Shown: one piece after another, positions 24,407-32,000 of the stretch
How the letters are laid out: every line of letters begins with the position of its first letter
Numbering within the stretch: position 1 is the stretch's first letter
Assembly: GCA_964565725.1 (NCBI GenBank)
Contig: CAZMGA010000005.1
Coordinates: forward strand, 5,347 to 37,346
Length of the DNA stretch: 32,000 nucleotides
DNA from: an uncultured archaeon
GTDB lineage: Archaea; Iainarchaeota; Iainarchaeia; Iainarchaeales; 0-14-0-20-30-16
Direction: 5' to 3'
Notes under the pieces: generated by a model
The model's input: only the letters and a program-made list of their open reading frames with translations
Databases searched by the model: none
Told to the model about the DNA's origin: nothing
Position numbers and translations under genes: made by a program

Positions 24407-24586
24407 TTGAGTTTTTTAAAAGATGATAAAGCACAAATATCTGTAGAAATGATAATTGTTTTAGCTGCTTTATTAGCTGTTGCTATAGTATTAATTACTA
24501 AATTATCTAGTACTAGTAAACAAGCCTCTGAAAAGATTGATGATAAAACTAATGATTTAATGGAGCAAATAGATGATATTAATTAA
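24407..24586 (+). CDS. Small archaeal type IV pilin-like protein (class III signal peptide), TTG start; not in ORF track
   Basis: My translation: (M)SFLKDDKAQISVEMIIVLAALLAVAIVLITKLSSTSKQASEKIDDKTNDLMEQIDDIN*. The KA-QISVE junction followed by a hydrophobic helix mirrors KG-QISLE in the next gene. GAGGTGAT SD 3 nt upstream of the TTG. Confidence 0.6.
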   Translation: MSFLKDDKAQISVEMIIVLAALLAVAIVLITKLSSTSKQASEKIDDKTNDLMEQIDDIN

Positions 24587-24974
24587 AAAAGGGCAAATAT
24601 CTTTAGAATTTTTAATAGTTGTTTTGGCAATGGTTTCAATTTTAATTATATTTATGCCTGTATTTGTTAAATTAATGAATGCTTTACTATTAACAATTGA
24701 TACTTATAATGCTTCAAAGTATTTACAAGAATTTCAAACAAATGTAAATACTTTAAATACATTAGATTCAGGTTCTAGTTTTAAATTTGAATTAGATTTT
24801 ATAAAAACAGCAAAACTAATTTGTCATAATAATATTATAAAAATTGAATTAAATCATAAAAATAATAAAATATTAGAACGGGAATTAAGTTTAAATTGTG
24901 ATTTTGATTTAGAAATTAATAAAAAAATTTCTTTTTTAATTACAAAAAGTGAAGAATATATTGTTTTAAATTAG
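24573..24974 (+). CDS. Archaeal type IV pilin-like protein (class III signal peptide)
   Basis: The N-terminus MILIKKGQISLEFLIVVLAMVSILIIFMPVF has the canonical prepilin-peptidase site (K-G | Q-x-S-x-E) plus a hydrophobic helix. It overlaps the preceding pilin gene by 14 nt. Confidence 0.65.
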   Translation: MILIKKGQISLEFLIVVLAMVSILIIFMPVFVKLMNALLLTIDTYNASKYLQEFQTNVNTLNTLDSGSSFKFELDFIKTAKLICHNNIIKIELNHKNNKILERELSLNCDFDLEINKKISFLITKSEEYIVLN

Positions 24975-25762
24975 CTATATCCTTCGTAATTTTTTAATTG
25001 CTTATAGAAAAATCTTCTAAATGTAATTACACAAATTAAAGCATATATTCCTAATAATATCGTTAATATAATGCTCCAAAATAAATTTACTTTATTTAAA
25101 AATATTAATGCAGGAACAAATAAACATACTAAAGTTGGAGGAAATAAAAAAGATATTAAAATAAAATAAGGTCTGGTTAATATTTGCATAGGATATTCAG
25201 AAAATCTTTGTTGAATAACTCTATATAACCAAGAAGCATCATTAACATCCCCATATTTAAAACTTAATAAGTGTATTGATGAATTAATAAATAAAAAAGA
25301 TATTAATCCAAAAATATATGCTATTAAACCCAATATAAATGATATTATTGTTAAATTTATACTTAATATAAAAAACATAATAATTACAAATATAAAACTT
25401 ATAATAAAGAATATTAAATTATGATAATTAATTTCCCAAAATGTAAATAATGTAATTGTGTCTTTTGGTTTTATTAAATAAATATTTAATTCGCCCGATG
25501 TTACTAAATAACCATAATTTTTTAATCCCAAAGTATATAATAATTCAAAAGGTATTTGATTTATAAAAAATAAAAACATAATTTCATTAAAATTCCATCC
25601 TACTATGGTTTCAGTAAATCCAAATATTGTTTTAAAAAATACAAATACAATTAAATAATAACCCATTTGTAATACAAAATATATTAAACTATCTTTATTG
25701 AATTCTTTTATAGCTCTAAATTTAGATAACATTATTTTTTTAATTAAATTCCAATAAGACAT
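24971..25762 (-). CDS. ABC-2-type transporter permease (COG3694/COG4587-like)
   Basis: About 6 TM segments in 263 aa. Last gene of a three-gene ATPase-permease-permease unit. Confidence 0.6.
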   Translation of the reverse strand: MSYWNLIKKIMLSKFRAIKEFNKDSLIYFVLQMGYYLIVFVFFKTIFGFTETIVGWNFNEIMFLFFINQIPFELLYTLGLKNYGYLVTSGELNIYLIKPKDTITLFTFWEINYHNLIFFIISFIFVIIMFFILSINLTIISFILGLIAYIFGLISFLFINSSIHLLSFKYGDVNDASWLYRVIQQRFSEYPMQILTRPYFILISFLFPPTLVCLFVPALIFLNKVNLFWSIILTILLGIYALICVITFRRFFYKQLKNYEGYS

Positions 25763-26542
25763 TTAACCACCATAACCATCATATTTTTTTAAGCCTTTTT
25801 TTTCTAAAAACTTTGCTAATGCGTAAAATATAATTATCCAAAGTATATATTGTAAAACAATCCAAATGTTTGGAACTAATTGTCCTAAATATATTTTTGC
25901 AGGAGTATAAACCATTAAATTAAAAGGTAATATTAAAAATATTTTTTGAACTATTTCAGGAAATAAATCTAATGGCAAAAATCTACCTGCTGAAAAATTT
26001 ATAATCATACCTATTAAAGATATAACTCCAAAGTTTTTTCCTAACCAAAAACTAGAGAATTGCAATGCGACTACTAAAAAACTCATTATTATAATTCCTA
26101 AAATATAAAATAATATTCCTAACAATGAAATTGGTCCTATAAATATTAAACCAGCCATTATCACAAAAAACAGTATAAATATTAATGGAATTAAATATTT
26201 TGAAAAAATATTATAAAAATAATTTTGTGTTAAGCTTAATGGCCTTGTTAATCTATTTGCTATTTGTCCATAATATACTTCTTCAAATATACTCCATTGA
26301 TCTCCAACTCCATAAAACAAACCCCATACAAAAAAATAATATAAATAAATTTCTTTTGATGAATAAATAAATAAAGGACTTTGAGATATAATACTCATTA
26401 AGAATATTACTGGAATAAAATCTAATATTGGTGAAAGAATGTATGCAATTCTTCTAAATGGATATGCATTTAAATCTTGCCAATAAAATTTTAATGTACT
26501 TAAAAAATATTTTAAATTAAATTTATTTAACATATCCATCAA
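25763..26542 (-). CDS. ABC-2-type transporter permease (COG4587/COG3694-like)
   Basis: About 6 TM segments in 259 aa. It abuts the downstream permease with no gap and overlaps the ATPase gene 3' end. Confidence 0.6.
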   Translation of the reverse strand: MMDMLNKFNLKYFLSTLKFYWQDLNAYPFRRIAYILSPILDFIPVIFLMSIISQSPLFIYSSKEIYLYYFFVWGLFYGVGDQWSIFEEVYYGQIANRLTRPLSLTQNYFYNIFSKYLIPLIFILFFVIMAGLIFIGPISLLGILFYILGIIIMSFLVVALQFSSFWLGKNFGVISLIGMIINFSAGRFLPLDLFPEIVQKIFLILPFNLMVYTPAKIYLGQLVPNIWIVLQYILWIIIFYALAKFLEKKGLKKYDGYGG

Positions 26543-27509
26543 CGTATATTTTTTTTACAATTTCTTTTAGATTTGGTTCTTCAATTTTTAAATCAAATAC
26601 TTCATAACAGTTTAATAGCTCTTTTGTTATTAAATCAATTCTTATTGCTGGTGATTTTAATATAATATAATTTTTATTTTTTTCAATTATTTCTAAATTT
26701 TTTAAATTTGGTTCTTTTAATTCTTTTTTAAAATATATTGTAATTCTTTTCCAATTAGCATATTTATTTTTTAATTCTTTTAAATCACCATCATATACTT
26801 TTTTACCTTCATCAATCATTATAATTCTATTACATAATTCTTCAATATCATCCATATTGTGAGTTGTTAGAATTATTGTTGTATTATATTTTTTGTTAAT
26901 TGTATCCAAGAATCTAATAATTTTTTCTCTAGCTATTAAATCTAAACCAATAGTGGGTTCATCTAAAAATACTATTTTAGGATTGTGTAATAATGATGCT
27001 ATTATTTCAAATCTCATTCTTTCTCCTAAAGATAATTTTCTTACTTGTGTATTTAATAAATGACTTACATCTAATTCTTTTGCAAATTCTGTTATTTTAT
27101 CTTTTATGTATTTGTCATCTAAATTGTATATTGTGCCTTGAATCTCCAAAGCATATTTTGGAGGTATATCTTGACTTAACAAACTTCTATTTCCAAAAAC
27201 TACTCCTATATCTTTTACATAATCTATTCTTTCAGTAAATGGGTTTTTGCCTAAACATTTAATAGTTCCTGATGTAGGTATTAAAATTCCTGTTAACATT
27301 TTTATAGTTGTACTTTTACCAGAACCATTTTCTCCAATATAACCTATTTTTTCTCCTTCTTTAATTTCAAAAGACATATTAGTTATTACTTTTTTATCTT
27401 TTTGTTTTTTGATTAAAAAGTTTTTAAATTTATTAAATCTACCTTTTATTTCTTCAGGTACTTTAAATATTTTATTAACGTTATTTAAACTAATTATTAT
27501 ATTTGACAT
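26523..27509 (-). CDS. ABC transporter ATP-binding protein (COG4586-like, with C-terminal extension)
   Basis: Walker A GENGSGKST, signature LSLGERMR, Walker B VFLDEPTIGLD, H-loop TTHNM. I prefer ATG 27509 (GAGTGAT plus 5 nt upstream) over the track GTG 27518. Confidence 0.9.
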   Translation of the reverse strand: MSNIIISLNNVNKIFKVPEEIKGRFNKFKNFLIKKQKDKKVITNMSFEIKEGEKIGYIGENGSGKSTTIKMLTGILIPTSGTIKCLGKNPFTERIDYVKDIGVVFGNRSLLSQDIPPKYALEIQGTIYNLDDKYIKDKITEFAKELDVSHLLNTQVRKLSLGERMRFEIIASLLHNPKIVFLDEPTIGLDLIAREKIIRFLDTINKKYNTTIILTTHNMDDIEELCNRIIMIDEGKKVYDGDLKELKNKYANWKRITIYFKKELKEPNLKNLEIIEKNKNYIILKSPAIRIDLITKELLNCYEVFDLKIEEPNLKEIVKKIYVDGYVK

Positions 27510-27599
27510 AAAAATCACTCTTAAAAAGTTTTTTCAAAAATTAGAATGTGTAATACATATATAAATGTATTAGATTATATTTTTAAATACTATTTATAT

Positions 27600-28220
27600 T
27601 TATAATATTTTTTCAATTCTTTTTAATATATTTTCTGGATTGTCTGAAGAATTTATTTTTTTAATTAATTTTAATTTATTAAAATATTTTTCTAATGGTT
27701 TTGTTTCAATATTATATACTTTTAATCTTTTTTTAATTATACTTAATTTATCATCAGGTCTTTGTATTAGTTTTTCACCATCATTATCACAGATACCTTT
27801 AATTTTTGGTTTTAAATTTTTTGTATGATATATTGTCTTACATTTAGGGCAAATTCTTCTGCCTGTTAATCTTTCTAAAATTATTTTTTCAGAAGCTTTT
27901 AAATCTAAAACTAAGTCTATTTTTTTTACTTTTATAATTTCATTTGCTTGTTCTATATTTCTAGGAAAACCATCTAATATTATATTTTTTGATTTAACAT
28001 TTTTTATTGCTTTTGCTATTAATGGAATTATTATTTCTGTAGGTACTAATTTACCATTTAACATATATTCTTGAATTGTTTTACCAATTTTTGTTTTTTT
28101 TGCAACCTCTCTTTTTAAAATTTCAGATGCGGATAATATTTTCATATTATGTTTTTTAACCAACCGATTTGCAATAGTACCTTTTCCTACACCTGGTGCT
28201 CCAAACATAACGATAATCAT
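27600..28220 (-). CDS. adk: Adenylate kinase (long form with zinc-binding lid)
   Basis: P-loop GAPGVGKGT. Lid CPKCKTIYH...CDNDG (Cys4-type). LDGFPRN motif. Confidence 0.9.
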   Translation of the reverse strand: MIIVMFGAPGVGKGTIANRLVKKHNMKILSASEILKREVAKKTKIGKTIQEYMLNGKLVPTEIIIPLIAKAIKNVKSKNIILDGFPRNIEQANEIIKVKKIDLVLDLKASEKIILERLTGRRICPKCKTIYHTKNLKPKIKGICDNDGEKLIQRPDDKLSIIKKRLKVYNIETKPLEKYFNKLKLIKKINSSDNPENILKRIEKIL

Positions 28221-28250
28221 AAAATCACCTATTATAATAAAGATATAAAT

Positions 28251-29309
28251 CTATATATAGTTTATTGCAAATAAATGTTTTAAAAATATAGTAGCATAAC
28301 AGCCTTTTTTAATTCTAAATTCAATAAATTCTTTTTGTTTCAAGTCTTTAGGAAAAAAAGTAGTTTTTCTTAATTCTTTTGTTTTTGGGATTATTTTTTC
28401 TAAATGTTTTTGTTTTATATTGTATTTCTCTAAAATAATTTCTAAATGTTTTTGATATTTTTTATAATTTGATTTAGAATTTGGTAATGGTAATTCTAAA
28501 TTAGGTATTTTTTCTAAAGGATAATATAAACTTTCAAATTCTTTATATTTGTAGTCTTTAACAATTTCTTTTAACAATTCGTTCCATAAATGACTTTGAA
28601 ATTGTTTGTAGTAAAATTGTAAATCCTTTTCATTTAATAAATTAAATGCTTTTTCAAATTCTTTGTTTAATATTAATTCAAATATTTGTTTTTTGTATTG
28701 ATTTTTTTCAAATACTTTTTCTTTTATTTTTTTATTTAAATTGTTTAAATTATACCAGTTTTTTTCAATTTCTAATCTATCTGTTTTAGTTTCTTCATTA
28801 AAAGAATCTCTAGTTAAATAAAATTTTAATGCGTTTTCAAAATCATTATTTAAAACAGATAATGTAATTTTTAAATATTCTGTATTGCCAAATCTTTGAG
28901 TATCAAAATAATTTGGACTGCCAATATATTGTATTTTTTTTATTTCTTTAAATGAATTAGTTTTTATTTTAAAATAATTTTCTAAATTTGCACCTGTAAA
29001 TAAATGTTTTTTAGTATTGTTTACAAATTCTAATTTTATATAATAATCCTTTTCAAAAATTTCAAAATCATTAATTTTTTCATGACTTGTAATATATTGG
29101 ATAGTTAGTGCATTTTTATCTTTCATGCCTGCATAATAAAAGTTTTTTTTGAATTTTGTTTTTAATATTTGTTCTAAATTTTTATGTGCTAAATTTTTTT
29201 TAGTTATTTTATATAAATAAATATTAGAATTGACATTAGTGAAATATTCTTTAGGTATGATCTCTTCAACATAAAAATCTAAGGGGTTTTCTTTTAAAAT
29301 TAATTGCAT
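28251..29309 (-). CDS. truD: tRNA pseudouridine synthase TruD/Pus7 family
   Basis: YAGMKDKNALTIQY contains the catalytic Asp in the G-x-K-D motif. PNYFDTQRFG is also present. Both are TruD signatures. Confidence 0.75.
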   Translation of the reverse strand: MQLILKENPLDFYVEEIIPKEYFTNVNSNIYLYKITKKNLAHKNLEQILKTKFKKNFYYAGMKDKNALTIQYITSHEKINDFEIFEKDYYIKLEFVNNTKKHLFTGANLENYFKIKTNSFKEIKKIQYIGSPNYFDTQRFGNTEYLKITLSVLNNDFENALKFYLTRDSFNEETKTDRLEIEKNWYNLNNLNKKIKEKVFEKNQYKKQIFELILNKEFEKAFNLLNEKDLQFYYKQFQSHLWNELLKEIVKDYKYKEFESLYYPLEKIPNLELPLPNSKSNYKKYQKHLEIILEKYNIKQKHLEKIIPKTKELRKTTFFPKDLKQKEFIEFRIKKGCYATIFLKHLFAINYI

Positions 29310-29389
29310 AATATTATTTTATAAGCAAGCATTTTAAATATATAATATATTAATATATAATTATTATATTTAATTTAACAGTGAGATTT

Positions 29390-31132
29390 ATGATTACAAG
29401 TAATGAATTAAGAAGAAAATATATAGATTTTTTTGTAAGTAGAGGGCATAAAGAAATACCTTCTGCGTCTTTAGTTCCCAATAATGACCCAACAGTTTTA
29501 TTTACTACTGCGGGAATGCATCCTTTAGTGCCCTATTTATTAGGGGAAAAACATCCTTTAGGTAATAAGTTAGTAAATTCACAAAAATGTATTAGAACCG
29601 GAGATATAGAGGATGTAGGAGATTCATCTCATCATACTTTTTTTGAAATGTTGGGTAATTGGAGTTTGGGTGATTATTTTAAAGAAGATGCAATAAAATA
29701 TACTTTTGAATTTCATACTAAAATTTTAAATATACCTTTAGAAAGATATGCTGTTACTGTGTTTTCTGGAAATAGTTTTGCTAAAAAAGATTTTGAGTCT
29801 GAAAAAACTTGGTTATTTTTAGGCATGTCAAAAGATAGAATTGCTTTTTTAGAGGATAATTGGTGGGGTCCTGCTGGTTTAACTGGTCCTTGTGGTCCTG
29901 ACACTGAAATGTTTTATTGGAAATTAAATAATGTAAAAGCACCAAAAATTTTTGATCCTAACGATAAAAATTGGGTTGAAATAGGAAATAATGTTTTATT
30001 GCAATTTATAAAAAATGATAAAGGTGAATATTTAGAATCTAAACAAAAAAATATTGATTTTGGTGGGGGTTTAGAAAGAACTTTGGCTTTGTTAAATGGA
30101 TTAGAAGATAATTATTTAACAGATTTATTTTTACCAATAATTCAAAAAATTGAAAAATTATCTAATAAAAAATATAATGATAATTTAAGAAGTATGAGAA
30201 TTATTGCGGATCATATTAAAGCCTCAGTGTTTATAATAAATGATGGAGTAATACCTAGTAATACTGAAAGAGGGTATGTTTTAAGAAGATTAATAAGAAG
30301 AGCTATAAGATTTGGTAGTGAATTAGGTTTAAAGAATTTTGTTAAAGAAATTGCTTTGCCTATTTTTGATATTTATTTTGAATTTGAATATTTACAAAAA
30401 AATAAATTAATGATATTAACTGAATTAGAAAAAGAAGAACAAAAATTTTCACAAACATTAGAAAAAGGAATTAAAGAATTTGATAAAATAGTAAATAAAT
30501 GGAATGAAATTAATGGTGAAGATGCATTTTTGTTATATCAAAGTTATGGGTTTCCAATTGAAATGACTATTGAATTATCAAAAGAAAAAAATATCAATGT
30601 AGATGTAAATGCTTTTAATGAAGAATATAAAAAACATCAAGAATTATCTAAAACATTGAGCGCTGGAAAATATAAATCTGGTTTAGCTGATAATTCTGAA
30701 GCTACAAAAAGATATCATACTGCTACTCATTTGTTAAATGAAGCCTTGAGAAATTTAATATCAAAAAATATTAGACAAAAAGGTTCAAATATAAATGCAG
30801 AAAGATTAAGATTTGATTTTAATTTAAATAGAGCATTAACTAAAGAAGAATTATTATTAATAGAAAATGAAGTTAATAAAATAATACTAAAAGAATTAGA
30901 AGTAAAAAAAGAAGAAATGCCTTTAGGTAAAGCAATAAAATTAGGCGCACAAGCTGAATTTGGCACAAAATATCCTGAAATAGTTTCTGTTTATTTTATA
31001 GGAGATTATTCAAAAGAAATTTGTACAGGTCCACATGTAAATAATACTAAAGAATTAGGTGAATTTAAAATAATTAAAGAAGAATCTTCTGGTGCAGGTA
31101 TAAGAAGAATTAAAGCTATATTGGAGAATTAA
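29390..31132 (+). CDS. alaS: Alanyl-tRNA synthetase, bacterial-type, short form (no C-Ala domain)
   Basis: FFVSRGHKEIPSASLVPNNDPTVLFTTAGMHP, HHTFFEMLGNWSLGDYFK, WWGPAGLTGPCGPDTEMFY and IDFGGGLERT form the catalytic core. HTATHLLNEAL and CTGPHV are the editing-site HxxxH/CxxxH. The protein ends right after GAGIRRIKAILEN. The track starts at GTG 29381; ATG 29390 gives MITSNELRRKY. Confidence 0.88.
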   Translation: MITSNELRRKYIDFFVSRGHKEIPSASLVPNNDPTVLFTTAGMHPLVPYLLGEKHPLGNKLVNSQKCIRTGDIEDVGDSSHHTFFEMLGNWSLGDYFKEDAIKYTFEFHTKILNIPLERYAVTVFSGNSFAKKDFESEKTWLFLGMSKDRIAFLEDNWWGPAGLTGPCGPDTEMFYWKLNNVKAPKIFDPNDKNWVEIGNNVLLQFIKNDKGEYLESKQKNIDFGGGLERTLALLNGLEDNYLTDLFLPIIQKIEKLSNKKYNDNLRSMRIIADHIKASVFIINDGVIPSNTERGYVLRRLIRRAIRFGSELGLKNFVKEIALPIFDIYFEFEYLQKNKLMILTELEKEEQKFSQTLEKGIKEFDKIVNKWNEINGEDAFLLYQSYGFPIEMTIELSKEKNINVDVNAFNEEYKKHQELSKTLSAGKYKSGLADNSEATKRYHTATHLLNEALRNLISKNIRQKGSNINAERLRFDFNLNRALTKEELLLIENEVNKIILKELEVKKEEMPLGKAIKLGAQAEFGTKYPEIVSVYFIGDYSKEICTGPHVNNTKELGEFKIIKEESSGAGIRRIKAILEN

Positions 31133-31133
31133 T

Positions 31134-31982
31134 ATGCCTAAACCTTTAAAATTAAAAAGAACTTATAAAATAGAAGGCAAAGTTTTTCTTACACATAAAT
31201 TTAGAGAAAGAGTGAGAGAAAATAGAAAAAAATTAGATGAAATAAGATATATTGATAATTTTAAATATGACGAAGTTTGGCCTTTGAATGATGCTAGATC
31301 TAGGTTTAATACTATTTATTATTATTTTTTAAAAGGAGCTCCAATAAATTTTTTTAAAAATCTTAGAAAATCTAATCCTAGAATAATGGTTTTAGGCCCT
31401 GGAAAAGGAGAATATATTTTAGATTTACATAATAGATTAAATAGATTAAATATAAATCCTGTAACTGATGTTTTTGGTTTAACTAAATCTGTATCTGAAG
31501 AAGTTTCTAAAATTATTAATAAAGATCATTCACAAGGAATAACTTTTGAAGAATTATGGAATTATCCTGAAAAATATAAATCAACAATAGAAAAATTTTT
31601 TGGAGAATATGATTTTATTGATGCTAGCTATTCTACAAGTTATCATACAAGTTATCCTGAAAAAACAGCATTTTATACCTCTTTAATGTTGGCAAAAGGA
31701 GGAGAAGCATATATTACTTTGAATCCATTCTCAATTTCGAGAAGATTTTTTGATCGATTAAAAGAATTCAAATCAAATAGATTTTTTACAAATGAAAATT
31801 TTATTCCTCGAAGTGTTGAATTAACTAATAGTTTTGATAAAAGTATAAAATATGTTTTAAATTATTTAAAAAAAGCTATAAAAGCATATAATAAATCACA
31901 TAATACTAATTTAGATTTTGAATTTGAAATAATTAATACTGATTCAAAAGATGTATATTTAAAAATTAAACGAATATTATAA
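31134..31982 (+). CDS. Hypothetical protein, possibly class I SAM-methyltransferase-like; translationally coupled to alaS
   Basis: Starts 1 nt after the alaS stop. RIMVLGPGKGEYILDL (motif I-like), DVFGLT, YDFIDASYS and LAKGGEAYITL loosely follow the Rossmann MTase strand order. Confidence 0.35.
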   Translation: MPKPLKLKRTYKIEGKVFLTHKFRERVRENRKKLDEIRYIDNFKYDEVWPLNDARSRFNTIYYYFLKGAPINFFKNLRKSNPRIMVLGPGKGEYILDLHNRLNRLNINPVTDVFGLTKSVSEEVSKIINKDHSQGITFEELWNYPEKYKSTIEKFFGEYDFIDASYSTSYHTSYPEKTAFYTSLMLAKGGEAYITLNPFSISRRFFDRLKEFKSNRFFTNENFIPRSVELTNSFDKSIKYVLNYLKKAIKAYNKSHNTNLDFEFEIINTDSKDVYLKIKRIL

Positions 31983-32000
31983 TATAATGAGTGATTTTAT

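Noticed and set aside
1814-30966. Short antisense or alternative-frame ORFs nested in longer genes: 1814-2002, 2751-2933, 4819-5265, 7944-8246, 8843-9025, 11942-12235, 23844-24341, 26185-26370, 26993-27238, 27640-27828, 29713-29904 and 30727-30966
   Set aside because: Each is fully or largely nested in a longer ORF with recognisable motifs. They have low-complexity hydrophobic translations and lack SD or TATA signals. I treat them as shadow ORFs.
1-32000. Possible alternative genetic code or recoding, given the extreme AT bias
   Set aside because: All recognisable genes translate full-length with the standard code. I saw no in-frame TGA/TAG interruptions in conserved domains.
31988-32000. 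ATG at 31988 (ATGAGTGATTTTAT...) possibly opening another gene at the right edge
   Set aside because: Only 13 nt are visible, which is too little to support a call.

Overview
This window is very AT-rich (by eye about a quarter G+C, not computed) and extremely gene-dense: about 40 genes, many with 1-14 nt overlaps. It reads as a chromosomal segment of a small-genome archaeon, most plausibly DPANN-type (Pacearchaeota/Woesearchaeota-like). No homology search was possible, so every call rests on motif recognition in the translated ORFs and on reading the DNA directly.

Archaeal markers: proteasome-activating nucleotidase (partial), diphthine synthase, a beta-CASP aCPSF2-like RNase, a Trm5/Tyw2-family tRNA methyltransferase, archaeal-type GluRS, an Nre-like protein with a C-terminal PIP box, class III (archaeal type IV pilin) signal peptides, TATA-box promoters and GGTGAT-type Shine-Dalgarno sites.

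RNA genes, both absent from the ORF track: a stand-alone reduced 5S rRNA (5917-6028, minus) and tRNA-Glu(UUC) (16998-17069, minus).

Other housekeeping genes: SerRS, a short bacterial-type AlaRS, adenylate kinase, TruD, endonuclease IV, TatD, CorA, DedA and a COG4586-like ABC transporter.

Most interesting non-housekeeping content:
- A leaderless operon encoding a bacterial-type lytic murein transglycosylase, a 12-Cys membrane-anchored ORFan and DedA (804-3678).
- A tightly packed minus-strand block (13056-16581) encoding an extremely Tyr-rich secreted protein, a membrane-anchored two-HKD PLD-family enzyme, endonuclease IV and a Cys-rich transglutaminase-like protein.
- A histone-H1-like Lys-rich protein built on perfect 63-bp tandem repeats with an acidic tail (10585-11157).
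- Two adjacent archaeal pilin-like genes, one a 59-codon TTG-start gene missing from the track (24407-24974).
- An orphan SPPY methyltransferase sitting in an RNA-processing context (6325-7473).
- Lineage-specific ORFans translationally coupled to the 3' end of each of the three aaRS genes.

No CRISPR array, integrase/transposase or recognisable defence system was seen.
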